Shown piece by piece: positions 40,090-53,489 of a stretch of DNA of 64,000 nucleotides. Both the position numbers and the translations under genes were made by a program. The notes under the pieces are model-generated. The model saw only the letters and a list, made by a program, of their open reading frames with translations. It made no database searches and was not told where the DNA came from. Origin of the DNA: Felis catus (Eukaryota); assembly GCF_018350175.1 (NCBI RefSeq), contig NC_058373.1:103604001-103668000 (forward strand), given 5' to 3'. Position 1 is the stretch's first letter. Every line of letters starts with the position of its first letter.

Positions 40090-41577
40090 AACTTTTGACA
40101 TTTTAATTATAATGTGTGTTGGTGTGGGTCTCTTTGGGGTCATCTTCCTTGGAACTCTCTGGGCTTCTTGGATCCAGATGTCTCTTTCCTTTCCCAGGTA
40201 AGGGAAGTTCTCAGCAATTATTTCTTCAAATAAGCTTTTTGCCCCTTTCTCTCTTCTCCTTCTGGGACCCCTATAATACACACGATTTTCTACTTGATGT
40301 TGTCCTGTAAATCTCTTAAGCTATATTCACTTTTACAACTTTTTTCTTGTTGCTGCTTGGTTTGGGTGAGTGCCACTCCCTCTATTTCAGCTCACTGATT
40401 CTATCTGCTTCATCCAGCCTGCTCTCGAACTCCTATAGTGTATCTTTCAGTTCAGTTATTGTATTCTTCGGTTTTGTGACTTTGGTACTGCCTTATGTTT
40501 ATGTCTTTGTTGAACTTCTCACTGTGTACGTCCATTCTTCTCCCAAGTTTGGTGAGCATCTGTATGACTGGTACTTTTAACTCTTTGTCAGGCAAGTTAC
40601 CTATCTCTGTTTGATTAAGATTTTTTTTCCCCAGGGTTTTATCTTGTTCTTTCATTTGAAATGTATTCCTCTGTCTCCTCATTTTACTTGACTCTCTGAG
40701 GTTGATTCTTTATACTAGGCAAAATGGCTGCCTCTCCTAGTCTTGCAGGAGTCGCATCGTGTAGGGGATGTACCTCATTGTTTAACCTTGCTCTAGTTGT
40801 CTCTCAAACCTTTATGATTGTCTGAGCAGCCTGGGTTTTCCTTGGTGGGTTCCAGTTATTGTGTCAAGGCCTGTGAGTGTTCCAGACGGAGGGATCTCAG
40901 CACCTAGTTTCAGGCTGATTGGAAATTAGAACTTCAATTAGCATCTTTAATGTATGCAAATATATATATGGTCCCGTGGGACTGTAATCATAGGCCTCGC
41001 TGGCCTCCAGACCAAGCAATCTGGAGGCCTCCCCTTAGGGACTGATGCAAATTCGGGGCTCTAGACAAGTATATGAGCTTCTTTCTGGGAGATGCCAGCA
41101 AGCTGTAGTGAGGCCAGGTGAGAGCTCAAAGATGGTATCCTTCAGCCAGCGTTCCCTGAGAGCACTTCTGTAGCCTTTAGATGTGTGGTAAATCTGAATC
41201 TTCCCCACCCCTCAGGCTGAAGTTTTTTCAGAGGAAGACTAAGGGTGTGTTTTAGTCTGTTGTCGGTGCAGCCCCTTGGGGATGGTAGCTTGTTAAGAAC
41301 CGTCTTTCCAATGGTTTCAGACCCATAGGACTCCTAAACGCAATCCCCCTTGATCACCAGATCCACGCACTAAAGGGGCATCCCCTGTGTGGGCTGTGCA
41401 CACTGGCTGGCTTTGGTAGAGCCACGATGGAGTGGCACACAGGAGTGGGACGCACTCACTGGCAATAACAGGGTCAAGGAAGAATGCCAGAAATGATACC
41501 CTCCAGCGTCTCTGTCCCCAGAGAGAGTTCTACCAGGCTTCTGCGCCTACAGCAGACATTTTAAGATTAACAAATGA

Positions 41578-41797
41578 GGGGCGCCTGGGTGGCTCAGTCG
41601 GTTGAGCGTCCGACTTCGGCTCAGGCCATGATCTTGCGGTCCCTGAGTTCGAGCCCCGCGTTGGGCTCTGTGCTGACTACTCAGAGCCCGGAGCCTGTTT
41701 CAGATTCTGTGTCTCCCTCTCTCTCTGCCCTTCCCCCGTTCATGCTCTTTCTCTCTCTGTCTCAAAAATAAATAAACGTTAAAAAAAAATTAAAAAA
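41578..41797 (+). mobile_element. Can-SINE inside L1 5' UTR
   Basis: TSD aagattaacaaatga. Confidence 0.94.
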
Positions 41798-42278
41798 AGA
41801 TTAACAAATGAATCTTCTTCACTTATGGTCTAGCACTTTCTAGACTGCTGCTTCTGTACCAGGTTTTGGGGCGAGTGAGTCTACACATTGAGCCCTTAAG
41901 AACAGAGTCTCTGTTTCCTACAGCACTGTGAATTTCCTGAATGTTTGCCCCTTTGGCTTTCAAAACCAGACATTTGGTGGGGGGTTGTTACTCTGGTGCA
42001 GGTTCCAAAGGTTGGGGTGCCTTATGTGGGGCACAAACCCCATACCCCTCAGGGAGAAGTCCTGTATTTACGAGATCCCTCCTGACTGTGGGTTGCAGCA
42101 TTGGGGTGAGGTTTTCTGTAAGACCATGTCTCTGCCTCTTCTACCCGTTTTCAGGTGGCCCTTTTGTTCTTTGTTGTGGAGGCGCTTGTTCAGGTGGTTT
42201 TCAGGTCTTTGTAAATTTGTGTCCGTGGGAGGAGGTGAGTTCAGAATCTTCCTACCCTGCCATCTTGAACTGCCTCCT

Positions 42279-43048
42279 GATTACTAAAGCTTTGTAATGT
42301 AGTTTGAAATCAGGAAGTGTGATGCCTCCAGCTTCATTCCTCTTTTGCAAGATTGTTTTGGCTATTTGGGGTCTTTTGTGGTTCCATACAAATTTTAGGG
42401 TTCATTTTTCTATTTCTGTTAAAAATGCCATTGGAATCTTGACAGGGATTTCATTGAATCTATAGACGGCTTTGTGTATTATGGACACTTAAAAATTTTT
42501 AATTCTTCCAATCTGTGAACGAGGGATAGCTTTCCATTTATTTGTGCCCTCTTCAATTTCTTTCATCAATGCTTTCTAGTTTTTAGTGTATCGATTTTTC
42601 ACCTCCTTGGTTAAATTTATTGCTAGATATTTTATCGGTTTTGATGCTATTGTGAATGAGATAATTTTCTTTTTTTTCAGGCAATTTATTTTTAGTATAT
42701 ATAAACACAACTAATGTTATGCATTATTTTGTATCCTGCAACCTTACTGAATTCATTTATTAGTCTAACAGATTTTTGGTGGCGTCTTCAGGATTTTCTC
42801 TATATAAGATCATGTCATCTGCAAACAGAGACAGTTTTCCTTCTTCCTTTCTGATTTGGATGCCTTTTATTTCTTTTTCTTGCCTGAATATCTGTAGTAC
42901 TTCCAGGACTATGTTTAACAGGAGTTGGTAAGAGTGGGTGCCCTTGTCTTATTCCTGATCTTAGAGGAAAATCTTTCCTTCTTTCACCATTGAGTATGAT
43001 GTTAGCTATGGACTTGTCATATGCGGACTTTGTTATGTTAAAGTAGAC
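42279..43048 (-). mobile_element. second L1 ORF2 (RT region) fragment
   Basis: homologous to 38715-39700; includes gatcatgtcatctgcaaacag, the reverse complement of the LFADDMI catalytic motif. Confidence 0.9.
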
Positions 43049-43084
43049 CCTGGATCAATTAAACCAGAATTATTTTAGGGTGGG

Positions 43085-43615
43085 ATCAGCTACTGGCTCA
43101 GCCCTGCAGGTGGGTGAACCCTGGCTGGGATCTCTGTTTGGGCACCGCTGCCAGGAGGGACACCATCTGCCAAATCTGAGCACTGGTTGCTGAAAACCCT
43201 GCTCCCCGTCTCCTGTCTGTGTGATCCCAGTGGTTGAGCCCAGCCAACCCCTTTCCCCCACCGTGGTCCTCATGAGGTGAGAACTGAATGAGCCTCCTGG
43301 GAAGTGTCCTGCATGTTGGGGGAGCTGGATGTCCATCTGGGACTGTCTTTTCCCACTGGAAAAACTAGCCCCAGGGATGCTCTGCCAGTGCAGTGCGGTG
43401 CTGGCCTGGGGGTGGGGTGATGCAGTCAGAGTGCTCCTCCTTCTTCCTAACACGGCCCTTCTTAGTCCTTGTGGTGCACAGTGTGCTTCAGCCTCACCCC
43501 TAAATCCTGGGATTCTTCACAATGATGTCTTGTCTATGGATAGTTGCTAGCTGGTGTTTTTGTGGGGAAGACTGAAGTCAGGAATGATCTATGTTGCCAT
43601 CTTGGTGGTCTTACT
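43085..43615 (-). mobile_element. ancient L1 5'-end fragment
   Basis: ggatagttgctag...gaagtcaggaatgatctatgttgccatcttg terminus. Confidence 0.55.
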
Positions 43616-43703
43616 CGTAGATAGGCTTCTGACATCAGAGAAGGTGCTTTCAGATACCAGAGCAGTGCATTGACAGTCAGGAACTTAAAAAGTAAATGTC
43701 TTC

Positions 43704-43909
43704 AGGCGCCTGGGTGGCTTAGGCGTCTGACTGCAGCTCAGGTCATGATCTCACCGTTTGTGGGTTCGAGCCCCACGTTGGGCTCTGTGCTGACAGCTCG
43801 GAGCCTGGAGCCTGCTTCGGATTCTGTGTCTCCCTCTCTCTCTGCCTCTCCCCCACCCACGCTCTGTGTCTCACTTTCAAAAATAAATAAATATAATAAC
43901 AAAAAAAGG
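43704..43909 (+). mobile_element. Can-SINE
   Basis: TSD aaatgtctt. Confidence 0.9.
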
Positions 43910-44225
43910 AAATGTCTTGTGTTAGTTAATTGAAAGAAGAGCCATATTCTTTCTATGAAACATGCAAGACTCAGAGTTGATAAGGTGGGAGCCTTGTCTG
44001 AGAGCCTGTTTTTCCCATACTTAGGTCAGCTACTGATGCGTGATGACATTTTGGGAAGTATGACTCTTCAAAGGGCATTTCATTTTCACTAGTTAAATAG
44101 CAGAGGCTAGAATAAGGTCTACCAGTAAAGTGACAGGGTACTTGGATCTCACTGGTCAGGTGATTTGAGGCAGAGTACGAAGTCCTGAGTCCGTTGGTTG
44201 CAACCCTCAGATATACACACATCCA

Positions 44226-44296
<71 letters not shown>

Positions 44297-44305
44297 TGTG
44301 TGTGT
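44226..44305. repeat. compound (GT)n(AT)n(GT)n microsatellite inside a MER5-like fossil (~44190-44430)
   Basis: repeat read directly; flank ggtctggggtgaagcccaggcatt...gatgattctaatgt is MER5-like. Confidence 0.9.
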
Positions 44306-45549
44306 ATTTATGCTGATCCCACCCTAAAATAATTCTGTTTGAATGGGTCTGGGGTGAAGCCCAGGCATTAATATTTTCAAAAAGCTCTGCAGATGATTCT
44401 AATGTCTGCGCAGCTAGAACTCTGAGCCACTCTCCAGTGCTCTCTGAAAACGCTCTCATGTAATTGTCTCCCTGTGTATTTCCCCCACAAAAGGAAAATT
44501 GTGCATCGTGCCACTTTAAATCAAACTTTATAACATGCAGGAACTGTCAAAATATAAACATTTGCTTTATTTAAAATTACTTTTAAGAATAGCAAAGGCA
44601 TGTTATCCGATTAGCTATTTCTTATACTCTTTTCATGCATCATTTTTGTGCATCTCATTACCTCTTTAGAAATATCTAATGAAATCAGTACTATAATAAA
44701 AACACTCCATTTTCAATTAAGAGTGTTTATTTGAAAATGTTAATATAAGTCAACTGCTTGTTCTACTTCTGGTGAATGTGAACCTTGGTTCTTGTATTCA
44801 TTGTCACATATGAATTTTCCTTTTTTGTAAAGGAAAAGTTGGCAATTTCCAATTATGATATTTGTAAGAGACTCCCTTTCCCCATTACTAAAGCAACCAC
44901 TCTTTGAGTCTTTAGCATATCAGAATTCTTTTGGATATAATCTTTATGAGACTTTGTCAGTACTGTCCTTTATTTTAGAAATGTGCAGATGAAAAAATAC
45001 ATTCTCATACGAACGTAACAGCATTGTTAGATACAACAAATTTCCATCAGTACTCCTTCCTATATGTAAACTGAGGAGAAAGCATTTGGATGAGCTGGGA
45101 GGTAATTTAAAAGCTAGCTTCATTTGTGCCCAATATTTCCACAAAATATCCAAAACCCTTGTAGAGAGAATCATATCATCAGTGTGTAATCACAGGAGAG
45201 AATATAGTTGAAGCCTACTCCCGATGATGGTGGTGAAGTGAATTGGTATTAGAGTAATACATGTCATGACATGGTTTTAAATATAAAACATGCAATCCAC
45301 ATGATACTCAGGAGTCTTCACTAATATTATTTGCTTCACCTGCCATGCAAAGGAATTCAGGCTGATGCAATTCTCTAGTAATCCACAGGACTCAGAAGGT
45401 TTAACATAGGATTCTGGGGTAACTTAACTATAAATTGAGAGATCAGCTCTGAGTAAACATTTTGGTGTTTTCCTCGCTGTGTTCTGGAAGTTCGGGGATG
45501 AAGGGACTAAAATAAACGTTGTTATACAACCCAATGTGCTCTGATGCAG

Positions 45550-45729
45550 GAACTCTCCCTGGGCTCTTTGTTGAAGCTGAGTCTGTGCTTCGGTGCTGGC
45601 TTGTTGCCCTATGTCTACCTTCCTGTCTCGTCCTACCTCAATCAAGCCCGTTGGACCTGGGGAGACCAGACAACATTGCTAGGATTTTTGACGCATTTTC
45701 TCAGGGAAGAATATGGAACATTCAGTCTG
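45550..45729 (+). CDS. TMEM260: TMEM260 exon 6 (ELSLGSLLK...WGDQTT...REEYGTFSL)
   Basis: gatgcag acceptor, CTG|GTAAAT donor; lies within ORF 45544..45846. Confidence 0.96.
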
Positions 45730-45754
45730 GTAAATTTATATTTAAAACCCTTTT

Positions 45755-45874
45755 GGGGCACTGGGCTGGCTCAGCTGGTAGAGCATGCGACTCTTGATCT
45801 CCGGGTTGTAAGTTCAAGTCCCACGCAGGGTGTACAGATTACTTAAAAAATAAGATAAACTCTTAAAAATAAGT
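45755..45874 (+). mobile_element. short Can-SINE 25 nt after exon 6
   Basis: ggggcactgggctggctcag...gattacttaaaaaataa; TSD aaaac.cttt. Confidence 0.9.
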
Positions 45875-47400
45875 AAAACACTTTTAAGGAAGTAAATGGC
45901 AAAACTTCAGTGTTCTGCCTGGGCTTTGACTGAAAAAAACAATATTTATCAGTGACAGTACAGAGAATTTTCATTTCAGTTATTTACATAGCAGACTTGC
46001 TCCTTGGAATGTGGCCTTTAACAGACATTAGAAAAAAATTGGAATCCCCAAACCTGACATCATAATGTCATATATCCCGAATATATTTCTCAGCATGACA
46101 AAGTTAAAAAGATTCTGCCGCCAGCACCTGAAACACTTCATTCTTAGCATCGGGTATCACTTTGGTCCCTCAGTCTGTGATTTAAAAATATTTGGAAAGA
46201 TTAAAGAAAAAAAAAAACCTCAAAATTTTTAATCTACCTCGACCAAAACACTTCCTTTTTTCACATTTGACAAATAGTGTTCGTGGTACTATTTACTGTC
46301 ATACCTATGTGTAAATACTTTATAAAATATAATTTCACTAAAATTGCGTTATAAAGGTTCAAAAGGCCCTACTGTCCCTAAAACATAAATCAGGGCAAAA
46401 CACTGAGTGTGGTTATGGTAAAGGTTATCTGAAGAATAGGAGGACAAACTCATGTGTTTTTTTTTGTTTTTTTGTTTTTTGTTTTTAAGAGAGACAGTTG
46501 TCTCGGATTTTTCTTTCACGGTTTGTGTTTTTTGTGCCTTCTACGAAGGCAAATCTCCGAACACTACATGTTATTTGACACCATTGATAGAAAATTCTAA
46601 ACCATACAAAAACTAAACAGTCTATTACTCAAGGAGACATACAAAAGAAGTAGAACTATATATTATTAGAAAGTAGGGGAATAATTAACACCAAATTCAA
46701 GGTAATAGTTACCACTGGGGGGTAAGAAAAGCGAGGCTTATGAGTGCTTTGTGAGATACCCTATGGAATTGGTGCACTTCTGTGTCTTAAGTGAATGGTG
46801 GCTCTGTAGACTTAAAAAAAAAAACTGTTTATCCCTTAAATACACATTATATATGTTATTGGTATGGAGGAGATATTTCATAATAAAATAGGTTAATGAA
46901 AGGATAATTATTAATTACTTCTTGACTTAGAAAGTTTGATACTTTAAATTTATACTCTGGCTTACTTATATTGGTTATTCCATTACAATATTGCTTGAGG
47001 GCCATTCCAGATTTGAAATTTGTATAATTCACATGTAATTGTGAAATTATAGACTAACATGTGATAATGAGCTCTAATCAAAGTGCCTTAAAGAGACTCC
47101 GTAACAAAAGTGTAAAGTCTGTTAATTCATTAATGTGTTAATCATTCCTGCTGGAAATATTTTAACTGATTTTTAGCCAATCATTATTTCTGCATTAATT
47201 CTTCCTAAAGAAAGTGTTTAGTTTTCATTGACTTCTCTGCAAAAACTCAGTAAGGCTCTGAAGTAAAGATTGAATAAAGAGAGATGTTGCTTTGTCTATT
47301 TAAAACACGCATATTTTAAATCAAGGTAGTTAAAATACAATAGCCTAACAAAGCTTCAGTTTAATGCTTGCACAAGTAAATTTTTCTCTTTTATGTTTAG

Positions 47401-47441
47401 GCCAAATCTGAAATAGGATCCAGTATGTCTGAAATTTTGCT
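47401..47441 (+). CDS. TMEM260: TMEM260 exon 7 (AKSEIGSSMSEIL), 41 nt
   Basis: ttttatgtttag acceptor, CT|GTGAGT donor; phase fits exon 8. Confidence 0.94.
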
Positions 47442-47466
47442 GTGAGTATGAAATATTTGAAACTGT

Positions 47467-47691
47467 GTTTTGTTTTGTTTTTAAGTTTATTTATTTATTT
47501 TTGAGAGAGAGAGGGAGAGCGTGCATATGCAGGGGAGGGGCGGAGAGAGAGAGAGGGAGAGAGAGAATCTCAAGCAGGCTCTGGCTGTCAACACAGAGCC
47601 CCATTTGGGGTCGATCTCACAAACCCTGAGATATGACCTGAGCCAAAATTGAGAGTCAGATGCTTAGCTGACTGAGCCACCCAGGCGCCCC
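47467..47691 (-). mobile_element. Can-SINE ~25 nt after exon 7
   Basis: TSD tgaaactg. Confidence 0.9.
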
Positions 47692-49135
47692 TGAAACTGA
47701 TTTTAAGTAAATTCTCTATTCATTCCTTTAAGTGAATTTTGGGATTTCTGGGTTTCTCTCTTTGTGAAGCAGTATGTCTGAGAAGTAGCTTTAGCCTGTA
47801 CAGGTAACAGTTGTGTGTGTATACTGTCAAACATTCTAGCATTTCCTTCAATAAGGTAAAGATTGAAGTGAGTAATAAATACAGCAGTTATTAAGAGACT
47901 ACGTAGAACCTACGCAACTCAAATGTTTCAACTTTCATTTGGATACGAAATTATCCAATGCACTGTTTCTTTATACATAATTTATTCTTTGTTCTGGTTT
48001 TATATATGCTTTTTTTTCAGAGATATTTTATAACATTGTATTTAGCAATTTGATTATTTTATTTTTATTTAGAATTGAGCTATGTTCTTTAATTCTTGAG
48101 AGCTTTATTTACTTGATGTCTCTTAAGACTTTTTCTTTAGCTGTCCTTAAGCTCTATTTTGGACTTAAATATTTTTAATATCCAGCCTTTTTTAGAGCCA
48201 GGTTAAGCAAATAAATTTCATCTGCGTTACCCACTAGGGTTCTTGGAAAAATGGGTTAATATTTGCTTTAAAACCCACACAGATTAAGACAACTTGAAAA
48301 ATACCCATACCAATCCTTTACTATTTTTGTAATATTTTCAATATAAAATTATGGCAAATAGTCTTCTATCACAGACAGATGATCTCCTAAGTAATTATTA
48401 ATGTGGGATTCCCAGGACTATTTGAAAACCATTTTTAAAATATGGGGAGAATATTTTAACTCTGTATACAAGGCAGTTCATAGGTTCTCACAGTTTCTGT
48501 CTTGTTAACTTGCTAGCTTGTTTGCTTCCTGCCATCCTTCCTTCTTTTCTTTTTAAATGACCTTTTTCCCTACTCCCAAAATATGATGCATAATCGTTAT
48601 AAGAAGTTTAGAAAATCCAGGTAACCAAAAATAAGAAAATTAAAATTATTATAATTCCAACATACAGAGATAACCACCAGTAACATTTTTGTCTGTGTCC
48701 TTCCAATATTTCTTCTGTTTTTGTTTTTAAAAATGGCATCGTAATATGCATACTGTTTTATTAGCCTGCTGGTTTTCATTTTATACTGTAATTTGAAAAC
48801 ACTTTCCTGGTACCAATTATTCTTATGTAACCTTTTGTTGGTTCTCACAACTAATTTTGAATATCTTTTTTTTTTATGTCTGACTGAACCTTTGTGGGTC
48901 CTTTTTCTTTTTCGTTTGGAGAAAAGGTCGCCAGAAGCTCAGTTATAAAGACAGCTTTACCAGTGGCCGTGGACTTTCATTTTATTCTGCTTTGCTCCAT
49001 GCCAGAAAACTCACTGCTGCTCTCTTTTACCCACCTCCCAGGGTTGTTGTCACACTGAAGATTGCTAGTATATTTTACCTTCACAAATCCCACCTGAAGT
49101 CCAAAGAGCTCTCAAGAGTAAGGCACCTTTGTGAA

Positions 49136-49328
49136 GGCACCTGGGTGGCTCAGTTCGTTGAGCATTAGACCTCGGCTCAGGTCATGATCTCACAGTTTGT
49201 GATTTGAGCCCTGCGTTGGGCTCTGTGCCGACAGCTCGGAGCCTTTCGGATTCTCTCCCTCTCTCTCTGTGCCCCTCTCCTCCCTCTCTCTTTCCCAAAA
49301 ATAAAGAAACATTTAAAAAAAAAAAAAA
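49136..49328 (+). mobile_element. Can-SINE
   Basis: head, CT tract, poly-A; flanking aagagtaa.gc duplication. Confidence 0.9.
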
Positions 49329-50194
49329 GAGTAATGCTGGACTTTACATCTAACTTTTATTAGGTGCACATAAAAGTCATCTATTGGGGAACACAAAAGC
49401 TTCCTTTATAGTGAAGGAATAGCAGTTAGGTAATATGCCCAGAAAAAAGACATGACAAAAGTAATGACCACTCACACCCACGCTATTTGTTCAAACCAAA
49501 TCATAATGTAGACTGGAGGCTTAATCCTAGCACTCTCTGACTGAGGGAGAGAATTTCTAGCCTTTAATTGTTTCAGGTGGACAGGAGTGTTGAGAGAAGC
49601 AACTCATAATTAACCTACTAGAAAATCCTTCAAAATGATGGGACCTAATCATCTATCCTTTTCCAGTCAAGCAAATTAAATTCTTTCCCCATGCATATCT
49701 CTAAATTGCAATCCTGTACAAGGAAATTATTGAATCTAACCCTAGGCAGTGACCATGTTTTAGAGCTAACACTTAAGCAACAGATCTCCAAGAATTAATT
49801 TTGAGACTGACTTCATTCCTTTTGAAGAATGGCTTGAAATGGGCCTCATGCTGGAATCAATTTTTCAAGTGTATTTGAAAATGGGTAAGAATATCTTCTC
49901 ATAGTAGATGAGTCTCCATTAGTAAAAGACACATTGTGTGGTTTCCATAATTATGGCATCGCATTTTCTCCAGCAAAATTGCCGTTAGGGAGAAGAAAGT
50001 TCTTTGAGATGGTGTATAGAGTCGTTTCTTTTCTAAAAAGTGGAGACTGCTAGAGCTATTTTAGAACTCAGAAAGCAGTTGGAAAATCCTTATTAGTTAA
50101 TGGAAGAATTTAGTTTAATTATAGGAAAAAGAATACATTTCTCAGAGATGGCTTCAACATTTTTGAACCACATAATATAGAAAACAAGGAAGCC

Positions 50195-50425
50195 TTTTTT
50201 TTTTTTTAATTTTTTTTTCAACATTTTTTTATTTATTTTTGGGACAGAGAGAGACAGAGCATGAACGGGGGAGGGGCAGAGAGAGAGGGAGACACAGAAT
50301 CGGAAACAGGCTCCAGGCTCCGAGCCATCAGCCCAGAGCCTGACGCGGGGCTCGAACTCCCGGACCGCGAGATCGTGACCTGGCTGAAGTCGGACGCTTA
50401 ACCGACTGCGCCACCTAGGCGCCCC
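50195..50425 (-). mobile_element. young SINEC_Fc
   Basis: TSD caaggaagcctttt. Confidence 0.95.
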
Positions 50426-50738
50426 ACAAGGAAGCCTTTTAAGGGAGATCACCTCTCTTCCTTTTTTATGATTGGATCTCCAGAAAATTATTTGAATTAA
50501 TTTTGTTTTCAATTAGGAAATCACAGGAGGCCATGTGTACAATGCTGACAGAAGTTCAAAAACCCTTTTCTGATGACTTCTTACCAAACCAATCAGAGGA
50601 TACAAATTGGTTTATGATATCGATACACCATACCAATATTACAAATACAGAAGAATTACTTGCTCTGATCCTAAGCCAAATATAAAATTGGTAACCCAGT
50701 GTTACAATTGGAAAACATCTGGGAACTATTTAACCCTT

Positions 50739-50960
50739 GGGGTGCCTGGGTGGCTCGGTGATTAAGCATCAGACTTCAGCTCAGGTCATGATCTCGCAGT
50801 TCATGAGTTTAAGCCCCACGTTGAGCTCTGTGCTGCCGGCTCAGACCTGGAGTCTGCTTTGGATTCTGTGTCTCCCTCTCTCTCTGTCCCTCCCCTGCTC
50901 ACATTCTGTCTCTCTCTCTCTCTCAAAAATAAACAAACGTTAAAAAAGAAATTTAAAAAA
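50739..50960 (+). mobile_element. Can-SINE
   Basis: TSD gaact.tttaac. Confidence 0.9.
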
Positions 50961-51152
50961 AGAACTGTTTAACTCTTTTCTTGTGGTACCTTTTCTCCCA
51001 AATTTAAAATGAGAAGACAAAGTAATTTTAAAATCTGACTCCAGCCCTTAAAACTATTCAGTGCGTTATCAGGTGTGTCTTACAAATAATGTTTTATTTG
51101 GAACTAACCAAGTTTGTTTTCTACCAACAATAAGTTAGATTGTCTTTTACAG

Positions 51153-51236
51153 TTCTCAAGTAACAAGTATGAGGACCCAACTCTCATTCAACATTCAAGC
51201 CCTCGCAGTTTGGGCAAATATATCTTTAGCAAGAAA
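51153..51236 (+). CDS. TMEM260: TMEM260 exon 8 ([27 protein letters not shown])
   Basis: tcttttacag acceptor, AA|GTGAGT donor; 84 nt, phase 2-2. Confidence 0.93.
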
Positions 51237-52426
51237 GTGAGTAATATAATTTTTCCCTGTTCTCTTCCCCATATTCACTAATTCCATTCATATTTTAATA
51301 TGTCATTGTAGAACATTGCAAGTATTATTTTATATTAAATATAAATGACTCTGACACTTCTGTTACAGCAAATTTGTATTGCTTTCTTGCTAGTTTTTTT
51401 TTTCTTGATTATAAATTAATGATTTTGGAAGATTGAGCATTCATCACATTACAATCTAAGTCAGCAAGTCATTTGATGTCTTAAACTTCTGGTTTGATCC
51501 CGTACTCTGCCCGTAGCTACTTATTGTTGCATTGCAAAAGAAGTAAGCCATAATTTGAATTCCTCTGAAGAAAAAAGTAACCTCTGATGATAAAAGAAAA
51601 CCTGAAAAATGCAACACTCCCTTAATTTTTTGTTCATTTACTTTCTAGTCTAAGTGTTTTATGGAAATTTATACATGTACATACATTTGTAGTTGTGTTT
51701 CCTTGGCACTTAACGTTATATTGTGAACATTTTCCCGTATCATAAAAACACTTAAAATCATTTAAACGTCTGTGTAAAACTCCATTCTGTGACCTAGGAG
51801 AACTAACTTTTAACTATTTGAGACTTTGCAGATTGCTTCCACTCTTTCTGCTACAAGTAATATTAAAGCATTTTTATGGATTAACCTTTATCCACGTTTC
51901 TGGTTTTTCTTAAAGATTTACACTTACATGTCAAATTGCTAGGTCAATGAGTGTGATTATTTTTAAGGCTCTTCATATATATTATCAAAGTATCTTTTCT
52001 TGAAGATTATAATAACACATGCTTTCACAGTATTACGTCCTCACCAGTATTGAGATTTGTCATTGTAAAATCTTCTTATTTTGATGCATGAAATTATTCC
52101 TTTGTTTTGCATATGTTTAATCGCATCTCCGATTTAACAAGATTAATAATCTGTATTTCTTCTGCAAATCTTAACTTTCTATCTGTTGCTGTATAGTTCC
52201 AAGTGAAGTCATCTGTGATATGTATTACAATGTGTAGTGAATGACTATGTTTTGGTTATATGTTCCCACTCAGATTTCTTTCAACTGAGATCTTTCTTTG
52301 TCCCTAGTTAAAAATTGGAAAGTTTTATGGATCTAATTTTTTTCCCCGTAGTTTAAACCTATGTGATATTGTCATTAATATTCATGCACATAAATAATTT
52401 TGGACATATTTAAATTTTTTTTATAG

Positions 52427-52541
52427 GGACAGACAGAACCCATCATCAGTATGGCTTTTTACTGGAATGTTTTGCATTTATTCATTGTTCTTCGCTTGGA
52501 GGGCGAATTTAGATATTTCAAAACCACTTTTCATGGGTGTG
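52427..52541 (+). CDS. TMEM260: TMEM260 exon 9 ([16 protein letters not shown]...[15 protein letters not shown])
   Basis: ttttttatag acceptor, GTG|GTAAGT donor. Confidence 0.96.
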
Positions 52542-53489
52542 GTAAGTTTGACTTGGATATGGCCCTTTGACCCAAAAGGTGATTAGGAATGTACAATCTT
52601 GTCTTCACGAATCTTGTAGAGGAGCGACTTATCTTAGAATAGTTAAAATTGTGTGTAATTTATTATAGATCAAAAATTATTAGCGTATTCTCTTTGTAGT
52701 AGAAATTATAAATGTAGATAGCTCTTCTCTAATGGCGGAAACCAATGCAGTGTATGTGTGTGTTCGAGAGGCCTAATAAATAATACCCTATTTGATCATC
52801 TGAGTTCTGAATCAACTGAAAAATGAGATAAACCAGGGTGAATCACCTTTATCACTGATCACTCTGAGATTGGAGAGTGTGGTTTATGTCTGTGGGCAAG
52901 GGGGCTTCCTCATAGCACATCCTGGAATGGACAGACTCACCCACTAGTCACAGGCAGCGCTGTCCAGGGCAAGACCCTCCCCACCCCACACCCGCCCCAC
53001 TGGCGTCACAGGGACAGAGTCTGCCCCTGGACAGGTGCATCCTGTAGGCAGAGCAGATCACTTCCAAGAGAAAGAGGAAAGGGGAGGACTCTGCGGACCC
53101 ACCCTCAGCTCCCAGGTCCCCCCCCCCCCCCGTCAGCTCAGTGCCTGCACCCCTCGGGAAAGAAGTGAGGGGTGTTACATTGGTGGAGCTTCAAAGCAAA
53201 AGCATTTCTCCACCCCCTCCACCTTACAAGTGGCAGGAGTTCAAGGCGCAGGCCACGGGATTGAAAAGAACGTGTGGATCCATAAAGGGAGATTCGTGTG
53301 TCAAACGGGAAAGGGGAAATATTTGAAAATTGAAAGCTAGAGGGACGTGGAGTCGGATTGGGGAAAGTCAGTTAACAAGACCTGCGTGGCAGCAATAGGC
53401 ACACGCGGTGTATTTTTTAAGTCGACAGGTGCCTGATTGGTTGCATAAAGCAGCCAGCCGGACGTGCTGCTCTTGTATCTCTTGCACAG

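Larger units (their letters stand above)
37900..42278 (-). mobile_element. internally deleted L1 (3' UTR, ORF2 pieces, ORF1 pieces, 5' UTR) with two nested SINEs
   Basis: ORF2 peptides ([30 protein letters not shown]), ORF1 peptides (LFEEIIAENFP, QEAQRVP, MRRQRNTFQMKEQ), 5' end ctgccatcttg near 42260. Confidence 0.9.
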
